Source: an uncultured Gammaproteobacteria bacterium
GTDB taxonomy: Bacteria > Pseudomonadota > Gammaproteobacteria > Steroidobacterales > JBCCMA01
DNA length: 64,000 bases
Assembly (NCBI GenBank): GCA_964639265.1
Contig: CAZXCL010000004.1
Location: 20,900 to 84,899 of the forward strand
Direction of reading: 5' to 3'
Shown here: positions 9,867 through 19,728 of the stretch, in pieces
Layout: every line of letters begins with the position of its first letter
Position numbering within the stretch: the stretch's first letter is position 1
Translations under genes and position numbers: made by a program
The notes under the pieces: model-generated
Database searches by the model: none
Told to the model about the DNA's origin: nothing
Seen by the model: the letters and a program-made list of their open reading frames with translations, nothing else

Positions 9867-11185
9867 GGTTCATTGCTTCGTTGTGGCTTGCGCTGGCACT
9901 GTGTGCCTGCGCAAGCACCTTGCCGCGTGCTGCGAGTGACTACACGTCGCTTTCAGACTTTTCAATCACGGCGCTGCGTGAACGCACTTACGGTTCGCCG
10001 CTGGGTGTCGAGCAGGTTGTCCGTTCCGAGGTGTATCCATCGTCACTGGTGTCCTACCAGTCTGACGGTTTGCGCGTCTACGCCCGCTTGGATTTGCCCG
10101 CTACCGACGGACTGCCTGAGGGCTATCCGGTTGTCGTGTTTTTGCACGGCTGGCGCGGCATCGACGCGGCGCCCTCCCTGGGCTTTTACTACGACCCTGA
10201 ATCGTATTACCACGACATGGTCAACGCCTATCGCGAGGCGGGCTTTGCCGTCATCACACCCGGCTATCGCGGCCACGGTACGGTCAACGGCCGGCCCGCC
10301 GACGGGCTTGATGACATGGCACGGTGGGATCAGGGCAGCTACCTGATTCCGGTGCTCTACGCCGTGGACGTTATGAATCTGCTCGACGGGCTGGCGTCTG
10401 TACATCCCGGCAAACTCGATCTTTCACGGGTGAATCTCGTGGGCCATTCGCAGGGTGGTGACGCCGCGCTTGTGGTTGCCGCGGTGGCCAGCGGAGGATC
10501 AGGTCTCAGACAGCGGATCAACGCCGTCTCGATATGGAATGGACTGGTCGCACCGCGTCTGGAGCAGGCGCAGGTGTATGCGCTTTTGCAAAACAGTGCG
10601 ACTGCGTTTCTCGCAGGGGATGGCACATGGACCGGTGCGGCGCAGGGCGCAAATGGACAGGTCAATCGGGAGTTTGTGTTTGGCTGGCCGCCAGAGTGGA
10701 TTGAAACGCCCCATCCGTCAGAGTGGACGTGGCAGCACGACACCTGGGGCAAGAGCGCGCATGAGGCGCTCGAAGAGGCAATGGGCAAGTTGTACGGCGC
10801 CGTCAACGACAACCTGCCAGCGCTTGCCGACGCGCGCTACGTCGTTTCGCGCCACGCCGATGGGTCGCCGGTGGTCCAGCATGATCCTCGGGTGGCGTCG
10901 GGACTGGCGGCCACGCACGCCGCACATAGGCCCGGTGACCTCGCTGTACCGGTAAATGTGCATTTTTCTGATCGCGATATCTATTCTCTTGTGCGCTGGA
11001 ATCGGCAGCTGTGCGCGGCGATCAAGCAGGCGGGTGGTGCCTGCCGTGCTTATGAATATCCTGGCAACACGCATCGGCTGCGCTTGAGTGAGCGAGCATG
11101 GTTTTCCCAAAAGCAGCACCGTGAAGGTTTTGCCGACGCGGTCAGTCGCGACGTCGTGCTCTTTCGGACTAGATCAGAGCGTTAA
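9863..11185 (+). CDS. Alpha/beta hydrolase lipoprotein (peptidase S9/esterase-like)
   Basis: Lipobox LCAC; 'VVFLHGW', 'PGYRGHG', nucleophile motif GHSQGG, 'YPGNTH'. Confidence 0.8.
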   Translation: MRFIASLWLALALCACASTLPRAASDYTSLSDFSITALRERTYGSPLGVEQVVRSEVYPSSLVSYQSDGLRVYARLDLPATDGLPEGYPVVVFLHGWRGIDAAPSLGFYYDPESYYHDMVNAYREAGFAVITPGYRGHGTVNGRPADGLDDMARWDQGSYLIPVLYAVDVMNLLDGLASVHPGKLDLSRVNLVGHSQGGDAALVVAAVASGGSGLRQRINAVSIWNGLVAPRLEQAQVYALLQNSATAFLAGDGTWTGAAQGANGQVNREFVFGWPPEWIETPHPSEWTWQHDTWGKSAHEALEEAMGKLYGAVNDNLPALADARYVVSRHADGSPVVQHDPRVASGLAATHAAHRPGDLAVPVNVHFSDRDIYSLVRWNRQLCAAIKQAGGACRAYEYPGNTHRLRLSERAWFSQKQHREGFADAVSRDVVLFRTRSER

Positions 11186-12776
11186 ACAGCCACAGCAGGC
11201 CCATGCAAAACGCAAAGTAGCCAATCATCAGCAGGCTGATCGAATCGAGCCTGCCGGCCACGTTGTACCAGCCGCCCACTTTTTCCGGTAGGCCCTTTTC
11301 GCGATGCAGTTTGAGCTGCCCGGGCACGCTATGCGGTGACCATTGTTCCTGTTTGCCATCGAGAATCAGGCTGGCAGCCCAGGCGACGACGATGTTGGCG
11401 CTGGCGCCGATCAGCGTGAACCACGGCCAGGCGATCGATGTGCGCGTGGCCACATACCACACCAGAATGAAGCCGGCCGCGACACCGATAAGAAGTCCAC
11501 GTTCGGTCGTATGGCGAGAGAAAAACCCCATGCCGTACATGGCGAGTTTGGCGCCGACAAAGTAGGAGCCAAGCTTGCTGAGGATCTCAAGAATCGAGCC
11601 CTCCGTGCGCGAAAACAAAATCGCCGGAATGATGATCAATACGGCCCACAGCAACGTGAATCCGCGCGATACCTTCAGCAATTGCTGATCCGAGGCATCG
11701 GCTTTGACGTAGCGCTGATAAAAATCCACGGTCGCCACGGTGGCCATTGAGTTGAGCGAGGAATCCAGCGTCGACATCGACGCCGCCATCACCGCCGCCG
11801 CAATCAGTCCCATCAAACCGGGCAGGCCGTACTCGGCGGCAAACTCGAGAATGATGGTGTTGCCGTTGTCAAATTCGCGGCCGTCGTAATAGGCGAAAAG
11901 CAGTACGCCGAGAACGATGAAAATGAAGTAGATAAACGGCGAGACGAAACCCATCATCAGATAGGATTTTTTCGCGTCGCCGATGTTTTTCGCTGCCAGC
12001 GTTCGCTGCGCCATCATCTGGTTCACGCCATACACCGTCACGTGGAAGATCGTCATCGCAAAAATGCCGGACCAGACGGTGGAAACTTCGGTGAAATCAA
12101 AATTGAAATTGAACGGATCAGTTTTGCCCTGAGCCTTGAGCGCAATCAGGGTGTCGTGTAGCGGCATCGGTAGTCGATCGATGAGTGCGTACAAGATGAT
12201 GCCGGCGCCCACAAACAGAATGATTGCCTGTACCACGTCGGTCCAGATCACGGCCGCGATACCGCCCATCATGGTGTAGATCAGTGCAATGATCGTTACG
12301 ATGAAAATGGCATACAGCACATCGATGCCGGTGATGAACTGCAAGACAAGCGACGTTGCGTACAAGATCGCCGCGGCGCTGAAGCCCTGCGAGATCAGGA
12401 AAATGGTCGCGATGACTGAGCGCGACTTGGAGCCAAATCGCCGCTCTTGATAGTCATAGATTGACGCCACACCGCTGTTGTAGAAGAACGGCAGGAACAG
12501 CGTGATTACCAGAACGATAACCAGCGGATAGTTCATGTGGATCAGGATGACCGACATGCCTTCGGTGTATGACCACGCGGGTCCACCAAGAAACGACAGT
12601 GCACTGACGTAGGTCGCGACAACGGAAACACCAATGGCCCACCACGGTGTGTCGCGTCGACCCAGCGCATAGTCTTGCGCTGTTTCCACTCGACGCCCGA
12701 GCACGAAGCCCAACACCAGATTGCCCAGAATGTAGACGATAAGAATCGTCCAGTTCAGTGTGCCAAATTCTGCCAT
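11169..12776 (-). CDS. Sodium:solute symporter (SSS family)
   Basis: Many hydrophobic segments; 'SALSFLGGP', 'GGIAAVIWTDVVQ', 'NQMMAQR', 'AASMSTLDSSLNS'. Confidence 0.92.
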   Translation of the reverse strand: MAEFGTLNWTILIVYILGNLVLGFVLGRRVETAQDYALGRRDTPWWAIGVSVVATYVSALSFLGGPAWSYTEGMSVILIHMNYPLVIVLVITLFLPFFYNSGVASIYDYQERRFGSKSRSVIATIFLISQGFSAAAILYATSLVLQFITGIDVLYAIFIVTIIALIYTMMGGIAAVIWTDVVQAIILFVGAGIILYALIDRLPMPLHDTLIALKAQGKTDPFNFNFDFTEVSTVWSGIFAMTIFHVTVYGVNQMMAQRTLAAKNIGDAKKSYLMMGFVSPFIYFIFIVLGVLLFAYYDGREFDNGNTIILEFAAEYGLPGLMGLIAAAVMAASMSTLDSSLNSMATVATVDFYQRYVKADASDQQLLKVSRGFTLLWAVLIIIPAILFSRTEGSILEILSKLGSYFVGAKLAMYGMGFFSRHTTERGLLIGVAAGFILVWYVATRTSIAWPWFTLIGASANIVVAWAASLILDGKQEQWSPHSVPGQLKLHREKGLPEKVGGWYNVAGRLDSISLLMIGYFAFCMGLLWLFNALI

Positions 12777-12807
12777 GCTGCTACCTGAGTGTTAGTGCGA
12801 AGGATGC

Positions 12808-13542
12808 CTAGCGCGCGGTCCAGCCGCCGTCGACGCGCAGGCTGTGGCCGGTGACCATGCGCGCACCTGGAGAGACCAGATACATCAGCGCGCTGACAAC
12901 GTCGTCGACACGCCCAATTTCGCGCAGTGGAATCATGTCCATGACCGAGTTAAAGAACTCAGGATCATCAAGCATGGGTTTGGTAAGCGGCGTCTCGATA
13001 AAGGTGGGCGCGATGGCATTAACCCGGATGCCGCTGGGCGCCAATTCCACCGCCATGGCCTTGGTCAAACCCTCGATGGCGTGTTTGGTCATGCAGTACA
13101 CGGTGCGATTGGCGGCGCCGATATGACCCATCTGCGATGACATATTGATGATGCGCCCCGGTATCTTGTCCCGCAGCATGGCACGTGCGGCGGCCCGGGC
13201 AATGCGAAATGCCGAGCGCACGTTGAGATCGATGACAAAATCCAGAGAGTCGTCATCCACCTCGACGAAGGCCTGGGGGCGATTGCCGCCTGCGTTGTTG
13301 ACCAGAATGCTCAGTCCGTCGAGTGCTTCGATTCGTGTTGGCAATTCGTCGGAGCAGACGTCGGCAGACCATCCTTCAATACGCTGTGGATCGTGGCTTG
13401 CAAGTTGATCGAGATCATCCGGCGAGCGGGCAATGGCGATGACGCGCGCACCGGCGTCGGCAAGGGCGTGGACGCAGCCGCGGCCGATGCCACGACTTGC
13501 TCCAGTGACGACAGCGAGCTGGCCTTCAAGAGGCGTAGACAT
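12808..13542 (-). CDS. Short-chain dehydrogenase/reductase
   Basis: TGASRGIG, NNAG, YCMTK, VDGGW; start at ATG 13542. Confidence 0.92.
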   Translation of the reverse strand: MSTPLEGQLAVVTGASRGIGRGCVHALADAGARVIAIARSPDDLDQLASHDPQRIEGWSADVCSDELPTRIEALDGLSILVNNAGGNRPQAFVEVDDDSLDFVIDLNVRSAFRIARAAARAMLRDKIPGRIINMSSQMGHIGAANRTVYCMTKHAIEGLTKAMAVELAPSGIRVNAIAPTFIETPLTKPMLDDPEFFNSVMDMIPLREIGRVDDVVSALMYLVSPGARMVTGHSLRVDGGWTAR

Positions 13543-13555
13543 GTCAGGCTCCAGA

Positions 13556-13571
13556 TTGCATGCGGATGCAA
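13556..13571. promoter_or_regulatory. Putative LacI-family operator, site C (SDR/lacI divergent region)
   Basis: Near-perfect CG-centred palindrome TTGCATGCGGATGCAA. Confidence 0.7.
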
Positions 13572-13627
13572 TATTGCCTAACATCATTGCTGAATACCGA
13601 CGGCACTTCAACAACAGGGCGACATAC

Positions 13628-14671
13628 TTGGGCGAAGAATCCAGCGACGACAAAGCGCCGCGGCAAACTCGCAAGCGCGCCAACTCTTACGACGTCGCGC
13701 GTCTTGCTGGCGTTTCGCAGTCTGCAGTGTCGCGCGTTTTTCAGCCAGGCGCCAGTGCCTCCAAGGAAATGCGCAGTCGCGTTCTCAAGGCGGCCAAGAA
13801 GCTGGGTTATCGGCCCAATGCCATCGCGCGTGGCTTGATTACCCAACGCTCGGACATGGTCGCCGTGCTCATCTCGGTGCAGACCAATCTCTACTACCCC
13901 GAAGTGCTGGTGCAGCTAACCAAGCGTTTCTCCGAACGCGGTGTACGTGTTTTGCTGTTTGCCCTTGAGCATGAGGGTGACATTGAATCCACGCTTGAAC
14001 AGGTGTTGCGCTATCGCGTGGACGGTGTCGTGACGGCTGCCATGTTGTCGCCCGAGCAGCTGGCGACAATCGAATCGGTCGATATCCCTGTGGTGTTTTT
14101 CAACCGCACGCTGGCCGATGCGCCGGTCAACTCGGTGCGCTGTGATCAGGAGGAAGGTGAGCGCTGGCTGGTGCGCCAATTGCACGAAGCGGGTCATCGC
14201 CGCTTTGCCATTGTTACCGGCCCGGATGATTCGCCCGTGAGCACGGAACGCACCCGCGGCGCGACGCGCATGCTGCATGAGCTGGGTGTCAGAGATTTTC
14301 GCGTCGTGAACGGCGACTACAGTTACGCGAGTGGGCGTACGTGCCTCGCGCAGCTTATGGCCTCCGCAGAAGGCGCACCCGATGCGGTGATTGCCGCGAA
14401 TGATGCGATGGCGATCGGGTGTATCGATGAGGCGCGTGCGAAGTTCGGGCTGCGCGTTCCTGAGGACCTGTCAGTGGTGGGGTTCGACGGCATCGGCCCA
14501 TCCGCGTTCGATGCCTACGCCCTCACGACCATTCGCCAGCCGGTGGCGCGTATGACCGACGCCACCGTTTCGATGTTGCTTGATCGAATTGAAAACCCCG
14601 ATCTGGCGCCGGAGAAACGCGTGTTTTCCGGTGAGCGTCGTGCGGGGCGCTCGGCGCGGCTGAGCACGTAG
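13628..14671 (+). CDS. LacI-family transcriptional regulator
   Basis: 'YDVARLAGVSQSAVSRVF', 'LGYRPNAIARGL', 'VPEDLSVVGFDG', 'LTTIRQP'; TTG start is approximate. Confidence 0.93.
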   Translation: MGEESSDDKAPRQTRKRANSYDVARLAGVSQSAVSRVFQPGASASKEMRSRVLKAAKKLGYRPNAIARGLITQRSDMVAVLISVQTNLYYPEVLVQLTKRFSERGVRVLLFALEHEGDIESTLEQVLRYRVDGVVTAAMLSPEQLATIESVDIPVVFFNRTLADAPVNSVRCDQEEGERWLVRQLHEAGHRRFAIVTGPDDSPVSTERTRGATRMLHELGVRDFRVVNGDYSYASGRTCLAQLMASAEGAPDAVIAANDAMAIGCIDEARAKFGLRVPEDLSVVGFDGIGPSAFDAYALTTIRQPVARMTDATVSMLLDRIENPDLAPEKRVFSGERRAGRSARLST

Positions 14672-14705
14672 ATTCCAAGCAAAGTAACACAACGGGCGTA
14701 GTGCA

Positions 14706-15851
14706 ATGCAGATCAGTCGTGACCGAATCCTGACCACTCACGTGGGCAGCCTGCCCCGATCAGCCGATGTGACCGACACGGTGTTTGCGCTTGAAAAGGG
14801 CGACACGGTAGCGAACGCCGACGCGATCTTCAGCGCTGCGGTGGATGCCGTGGTCAAGCGTCAGGTGGACGTTGGCGTTGACGTGGTCAGTGACGGTGAG
14901 ATGAGCAAGATCAGCTATGCGACCTATATCAAGGATCGCATTAGTGGTTTTGACGGAGACAGTGAGCGCGATCCACCCAGCGATCTGCAGGAGTTTCCGG
15001 GCTTTCTTGAGCGCCAGGCGCAGTCGGGCGGTACGCCCAGCTATCGTCGGCCATGCTGCGTGGGAGATATCCAGGTCAAGGACACCGGGCCCGTTGAGGC
15101 GGATCTGGCCAACATGCGTCGCGCGATTGCAGCGCACTCGCCGCACGAGGGATTCATGAACGCGGCCTCCCCGGGTGTTATTGCTCTGTTCCAGCCTAAT
15201 CATCACTACCCGTCGCATGAGGCCTATCTGGCGGCACTCGCCGACGCCATGGCGTATGAGTACAAAGCGATCGTCGACGCCGGTCTGGTGTTGCAAATCG
15301 ACTCTCCTGATCTTGGGCTCGGACGACACATGCTGTTCAAGGGCAAGCCCGACGAGGACTACGTGCGACTTGCGTCCGCCCACGTCGAGGCCCTCAATCA
15401 CGCGTTGCGCGATGTGCCCAAAGACCGCGTGCGGTTGCACGTGTGCTGGGGCAATTACGAAGGGCCGCATCACCACGACGCACCCATGTCGCTCGTTTTG
15501 CCCGTGGCGCTCAAGGCCGACGTTGGCGCGCTGCTGTTTGAATCGGCTAACCCGCGTCATGCGCACGAGTGGGCTACGTTTGCTGATGCTTCGTTACCCG
15601 ACGATCTGGTGCTCGTGCCGGGTGTGATCGATTCGACTACCAACTTTGTCGAGCACCCCGAACTGGTTGCGCAGCGACTGATTCAGTTTGCAAACATCGT
15701 GGGGCGCGAGCGGGTGATCGCCGGCACCGACTGCGGCTTTTCCACGTTTGCGGGCTTTGGCTCGGTGGATGAAGATATTGTTTACGCCAAGCTCGGCAGT
15801 CTGGTCGAGGGTGCGGCATTGGCGAGCCGGCAGCTCTGGGGTGGTCCATGA
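14706..15851 (+). CDS. Cobalamin-independent methionine synthase II family (single-barrel MetE-like zinc enzyme)
   Basis: 'THVGSLPR', 'SDGE', zinc ligands in 'HVCWGN', 'FESAN', 'TDCGF'. Confidence 0.88.
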   Translation: MQISRDRILTTHVGSLPRSADVTDTVFALEKGDTVANADAIFSAAVDAVVKRQVDVGVDVVSDGEMSKISYATYIKDRISGFDGDSERDPPSDLQEFPGFLERQAQSGGTPSYRRPCCVGDIQVKDTGPVEADLANMRRAIAAHSPHEGFMNAASPGVIALFQPNHHYPSHEAYLAALADAMAYEYKAIVDAGLVLQIDSPDLGLGRHMLFKGKPDEDYVRLASAHVEALNHALRDVPKDRVRLHVCWGNYEGPHHHDAPMSLVLPVALKADVGALLFESANPRHAHEWATFADASLPDDLVLVPGVIDSTTNFVEHPELVAQRLIQFANIVGRERVIAGTDCGFSTFAGFGSVDEDIVYAKLGSLVEGAALASRQLWGGP

Positions 15852-16609
15852 GTTTGAGCGCATCCGCGTTTCGCGCGGCGATTGTCGGGCGCGAACTGGT
15901 CGTCGGCACATTTCTCAAAACGCCGTCGTCGATCATGTGCGAGGTGTTCGCGCACAGTGAGCTCGATGTTCTGTGTCTTGACGCCGAACATGCGCCGTTT
16001 GGTCATCTTCAAATTGACCAGTGCGTGGCCGCACTGCGGGCCGCACGGCGACCGTCGCTGGTGCGCGTGCCCGATCACTCGGAGACATCCGTGCGCAATG
16101 CGCTCGATTGTGGCGCGACGGGTATTCTGGTGCCGCACGTGCACAGCGCCGAGCAGGCACAACACATCGCGCGCGCGGCCCATTTCGGTCGAGGAGGTCG
16201 TGGATACGCCGGCTCGACCCGTGCCGCCGGGCTTGGCACCAAGCGCATGGGTGATCACCTGAAAGACAGCGCCGAACAAACCACGGTGATTGTGCAGATC
16301 GAAGACCCCGAAGCGCTTGGCAACGTGGCGCAGATCGCCGCCGTCGACAACGTCGATGCTCTTTTTGTCGGGCGCATCGATTTGGCCGTGTCACTGGGCC
16401 TCGATGCGTCTTCGCCAGAACTGCTCGAGATTGTTGCGAAGATCTGTGCGGATGCCGGTGATACCTGTGTCGGCATGTTTACGCCGTCGCTGGATGAGTT
16501 GCCGCGCTGGCGCGAAGCCGGTGCCAGCTTGTTTTTGCTCGGCTCCGATCACGCGCTGTTCCTCGACGCAGCGAACTCACTCGCGCGCAAGGTGCGCGCG
16601 GCGACCTAG
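15848..16609 (+). CDS. HpcH/HpaI aldolase family protein
   Basis: 'DAEHAP', 'LVRVP', 'VQIE', 'FVGRIDL'. Confidence 0.88.
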   Translation: MSLSASAFRAAIVGRELVVGTFLKTPSSIMCEVFAHSELDVLCLDAEHAPFGHLQIDQCVAALRAARRPSLVRVPDHSETSVRNALDCGATGILVPHVHSAEQAQHIARAAHFGRGGRGYAGSTRAAGLGTKRMGDHLKDSAEQTTVIVQIEDPEALGNVAQIAAVDNVDALFVGRIDLAVSLGLDASSPELLEIVAKICADAGDTCVGMFTPSLDELPRWREAGASLFLLGSDHALFLDAANSLARKVRAAT

Positions 16610-17532
16610 AGCGGTTCGAGTTCGGTCAGTCGATAAAAGCGCAGGGCGTTGTTGACGAATACATCGTTGCGCTGCGCGGCATCCAGATCTGTCGTCAGAG
16701 CTTCGAAAGCATCGTAGAGTTGCGCGTAGCTCGCGTGCAGTTTGTCAACCGGAAAGTTCGAGCCAAACATGCAACGCTGTGGCCCGAACACCTCGAGGCA
16801 GGTCTCGATCAGGGGGCTTAAGGACTGCACAGACCAGTTGTGATCGAACATGCCGAACCCCGACATTTTGCACACGGTGCGCGGGCGTTCGGCCAGGCGC
16901 TGCAGGCCGGCGCGCCAGTGGGCGAGCCCCGCGGGTGACTGATCCCACGGTGAGCCGGCGTGACACAGGGCCACATCCAGATCCGGAACGGCCTCCAGTG
17001 CGTCACTGACCGCGGCCATTTGTGTTGGGATGAGCTGCAGATCGAACGACAGATTGCGCTCGGCGAGTAGTGCAAGACCGCGTCGCCACTGTGGGTTGGC
17101 GGGCAACGCACCGCTGCCGGTTTGCGCATCTTCTTCGGCCGAGCGCCCAACAATCTGGCGCACACCACGCAGCTGCGGCGCTTCAGCGTGAGCATCCAGT
17201 GTGGATTCGGCGGCGGGTTTTTCCAGATCGCAATAGGCGACGATGGCGCTGGGCAAGCCCGTGCGCTCGGCGATGCTCTGAAGCCAGCGCGTCTCGTCGA
17301 CTTCGCGTCCGGGTGCAGCGCCCACCTGTATATGCACCGAGCCCAGCAAGTCAAAATGCTCGGCATCTGTGCGCAAATCCGCCGGCAGATAGTTTTTAGC
17401 GATAGGGGCTGGGTCGCCGAAGAAACGCCGCACTCCCTTGGCCATAAGCCACGGATACTCCACGGCATTGAGGTCCCACAAATGGTGATGGGCATCGACA
17501 ATGCGTCGCTTGGTGGAGGTTGAATCACTCAT
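16606..17532 (-). CDS. Amidohydrolase_2 family protein (sugar-lactonase-like)
   Basis: 'DAHHHLW', 'LSFDLQ', 'HAGSP', 'MFGSNFPVD'. Confidence 0.87.
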   Translation of the reverse strand: MSDSTSTKRRIVDAHHHLWDLNAVEYPWLMAKGVRRFFGDPAPIAKNYLPADLRTDAEHFDLLGSVHIQVGAAPGREVDETRWLQSIAERTGLPSAIVAYCDLEKPAAESTLDAHAEAPQLRGVRQIVGRSAEEDAQTGSGALPANPQWRRGLALLAERNLSFDLQLIPTQMAAVSDALEAVPDLDVALCHAGSPWDQSPAGLAHWRAGLQRLAERPRTVCKMSGFGMFDHNWSVQSLSPLIETCLEVFGPQRCMFGSNFPVDKLHASYAQLYDAFEALTTDLDAAQRNDVFVNNALRFYRLTELEPL

Positions 17533-17541
17533 GGCAATCCT

Positions 17542-18501
17542 TCACAAGATCTGGGCAAGCACGCCAAGCTGGTCAAACACGGTCCACTGCGCGGTGATCT
17601 GTCCATCCATGGTTCGCCAGTGCGTGGCACCGAGAATGAACACGCGTTTGTCGCTGGCCGCTGCGCCCAGATAGGTGCCGGTGTGTCGGGCGCAGGCTGT
17701 CCAGCGCACCGCGATTGAAGCGTCTGTCGGCTGATCCGGGGGGATGGCGACGTGGTCAACCTGCAGGGCATCCACCGCAAACGCGTCGCGTAGTTGTTGA
17801 TACTGAGCGCACAGGGCGTCGCGCCCCGAATGCAGGTCGTCCGCCGCAGCATGCAGTGCCGCATAGGGAGCGAAGTGTTCTTCGATAACTGCGTCGTCGC
17901 CGCTGATCCACTGCGCTTCGAGAATGCGCTGGGCCAGCGCGTGCTCTGACTCGCGCACGCGCGTTGTTTCGAGTCGCGAGAGTTCCTGGTCGATCCACCG
18001 GGTGGTCTCGTCGCTGCGACTGTCGCGCAGCGTGGTGGCTGCCGCGATCAGGTCGATGTCCAGCTGACGCGCAAGGGATGCGCCGTCACGCATGAGCCAT
18101 TCGCGTACAATTATGCCGTCGCGTACCTCGCAGTCCGCGATGGTCATGACGCGAGCCTGGTGACCGGTTGCGGGGCCAAAAACAGACGCGCCCAGATTGG
18201 TCATGGTGCTGATGATCCGGTGCGATGAGTAGTAGCCCGACTGGCGCGAGCCGTTCCAGATCACCTCGTCGCCGACGAGGATTCGATCGGGGAAACTTGC
18301 CAGCATGGCCTTGGTGCCGTCGACGACGGCCGCTGCGCCAACGGTGACGCCAGATAACGCGTAAATCGGGGCCTGCGATCCGTAGTAGTCGTGGATGCGA
18401 TCGAGGCCGCGTTGCTCCCAGATTTCGTAGGTAATGCCCAGGATGAAGTCGACGAGGGGGTCGCCGGGACCGTATTTGGCGCGCTTGGCTTGATCGGGCA
18501 T
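17542..18501 (-). CDS. Two-domain SnoaL-like ester cyclase
   Basis: 'FILGITYEIWEQR', 'SFPDR', 'FGPATG', 'HTGTYLGAAAS', 'WTVFDQL'; start at ATG 18501. Confidence 0.8.
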   Translation of the reverse strand: MPDQAKRAKYGPGDPLVDFILGITYEIWEQRGLDRIHDYYGSQAPIYALSGVTVGAAAVVDGTKAMLASFPDRILVGDEVIWNGSRQSGYYSSHRIISTMTNLGASVFGPATGHQARVMTIADCEVRDGIIVREWLMRDGASLARQLDIDLIAAATTLRDSRSDETTRWIDQELSRLETTRVRESEHALAQRILEAQWISGDDAVIEEHFAPYAALHAAADDLHSGRDALCAQYQQLRDAFAVDALQVDHVAIPPDQPTDASIAVRWTACARHTGTYLGAAASDKRVFILGATHWRTMDGQITAQWTVFDQLGVLAQIL

Positions 18502-18530
18502 CGTAGTTTTCCGAGCTGATTCGAGTGCCA

Positions 18531-18547
18531 TTGTACTTCGGATGCAA
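18531..18547. promoter_or_regulatory. Putative LacI-family operator, site D
   Basis: TTGTACTTCGGATGCAA. Confidence 0.7.
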
Positions 18548-18621
18548 AGCAACACAAGCTGTATATTACGGGTGTTGGGGCCAGACGAGCCGCGTTGCCT
18601 GGGTGATGCCTTGAATCAGTA

Positions 18622-18637
18622 TTGCATTCGAAGTACA
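18622..18637. promoter_or_regulatory. Putative LacI-family operator, site E (inverted relative to D)
   Basis: TTGCATTCGAAGTACA = reverse complement TGTACTTCGAATGCAA. Confidence 0.7.
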
Positions 18638-18671
18638 TTCAAAGCTCTATCAATCACGGCGCATTGGCGCA

Positions 18672-19703
18672 ATGTCTGAACCCGAACATCCCTCCACCGA
18701 CGTGCCGTCTGCGTTGACAGACTGTTTCGTTCGCTACGACGAGTTGCGACCGTGCACCACTGCGTTTATCGATACGCGCACGCCCGGGAGTGAGAAGAAA
18801 GAGAACTTCACGATCATCGGTCCAGGCGTATCGGAGAGCCCGGACCAGCACGTGCACATCAACGTGCCTCACGGCTTCAACATTGGCGCGGCGCGGCAGC
18901 CACCTGGCTGCATCAATTCGCAGCACAGCCACGAAACCGCCGAAGTCTTTTTTGTGCATTCGGGCACATGGGCCTTCACGCTGGGTGAAAAGGCGACCGA
19001 CGGTACGGTGGTCTTGCATCCCGGTGACACGATTTCTATCCCGACCCAGGTCTTCCGCGGCTTTGAAAATGTCGGTGACGACACGGGGCTTATTTTTGCG
19101 GTGCTTGGTGGTGATGATCCCGGGCACGTGATGTGGGCGCCAGATGTGTTCGAGCGAGCAGCCACCTACGGCCTGATCTTGCTCGATGACGGCTCGTTGG
19201 TGGACACCACGCGAGGTGAGGCTGTCCCGGAGGGCAAGACTCCGCAGGCACCAACGAGCGCCGAGCAGGTCGCCGCATTGCGCAGCATGACGGCGGATGA
19301 TCTGGCCGCGTGCGTGGTGTCGCAGGATGGCATGACGTGGCGCGCTGCTCGGGCGGCCGTCCAGGGTGTAGAGGAAGCCGCCATCATTGGTATGGGTAAC
19401 CGTGACATCCGCGAACCGGCTGCTCCGCTCGACTGGTCGCACGGCTTCTGCGCGGTGCGTATGCGCGTTGCATCGGATGGAACGACACAGTGGCATCGTC
19501 GCGATGAGGAAGAGGTCATTATCGTGCATCGAGGGCAGCTGAGCGTGCACACCGCGGATGGCGCGCTTGAGTTGCGCCAGGGGGATGTACTGACCGTGCC
19601 GCCCGGCATGATGAGAAAATTTTGTGGCACCGGTCAGGCTGCCGCTGATGCGTTCGTGGTTCGGCGTGGTGATTGCCCGCAACCACTGCATCTGGAATCG
19701 TAA
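18672..19703 (+). CDS. Bicupin domain protein
   Basis: Cupin motifs '[13 protein letters not shown]...[10 protein letters not shown]' and '[12 protein letters not shown]...[12 protein letters not shown]'. Confidence 0.82.
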   Translation: MSEPEHPSTDVPSALTDCFVRYDELRPCTTAFIDTRTPGSEKKENFTIIGPGVSESPDQHVHINVPHGFNIGAARQPPGCINSQHSHETAEVFFVHSGTWAFTLGEKATDGTVVLHPGDTISIPTQVFRGFENVGDDTGLIFAVLGGDDPGHVMWAPDVFERAATYGLILLDDGSLVDTTRGEAVPEGKTPQAPTSAEQVAALRSMTADDLAACVVSQDGMTWRAARAAVQGVEEAAIIGMGNRDIREPAAPLDWSHGFCAVRMRVASDGTTQWHRRDEEEVIIVHRGQLSVHTADGALELRQGDVLTVPPGMMRKFCGTGQAAADAFVVRRGDCPQPLHLES

Positions 19704-19728
19704 AACACGACAATCGAGGATCTGGATC

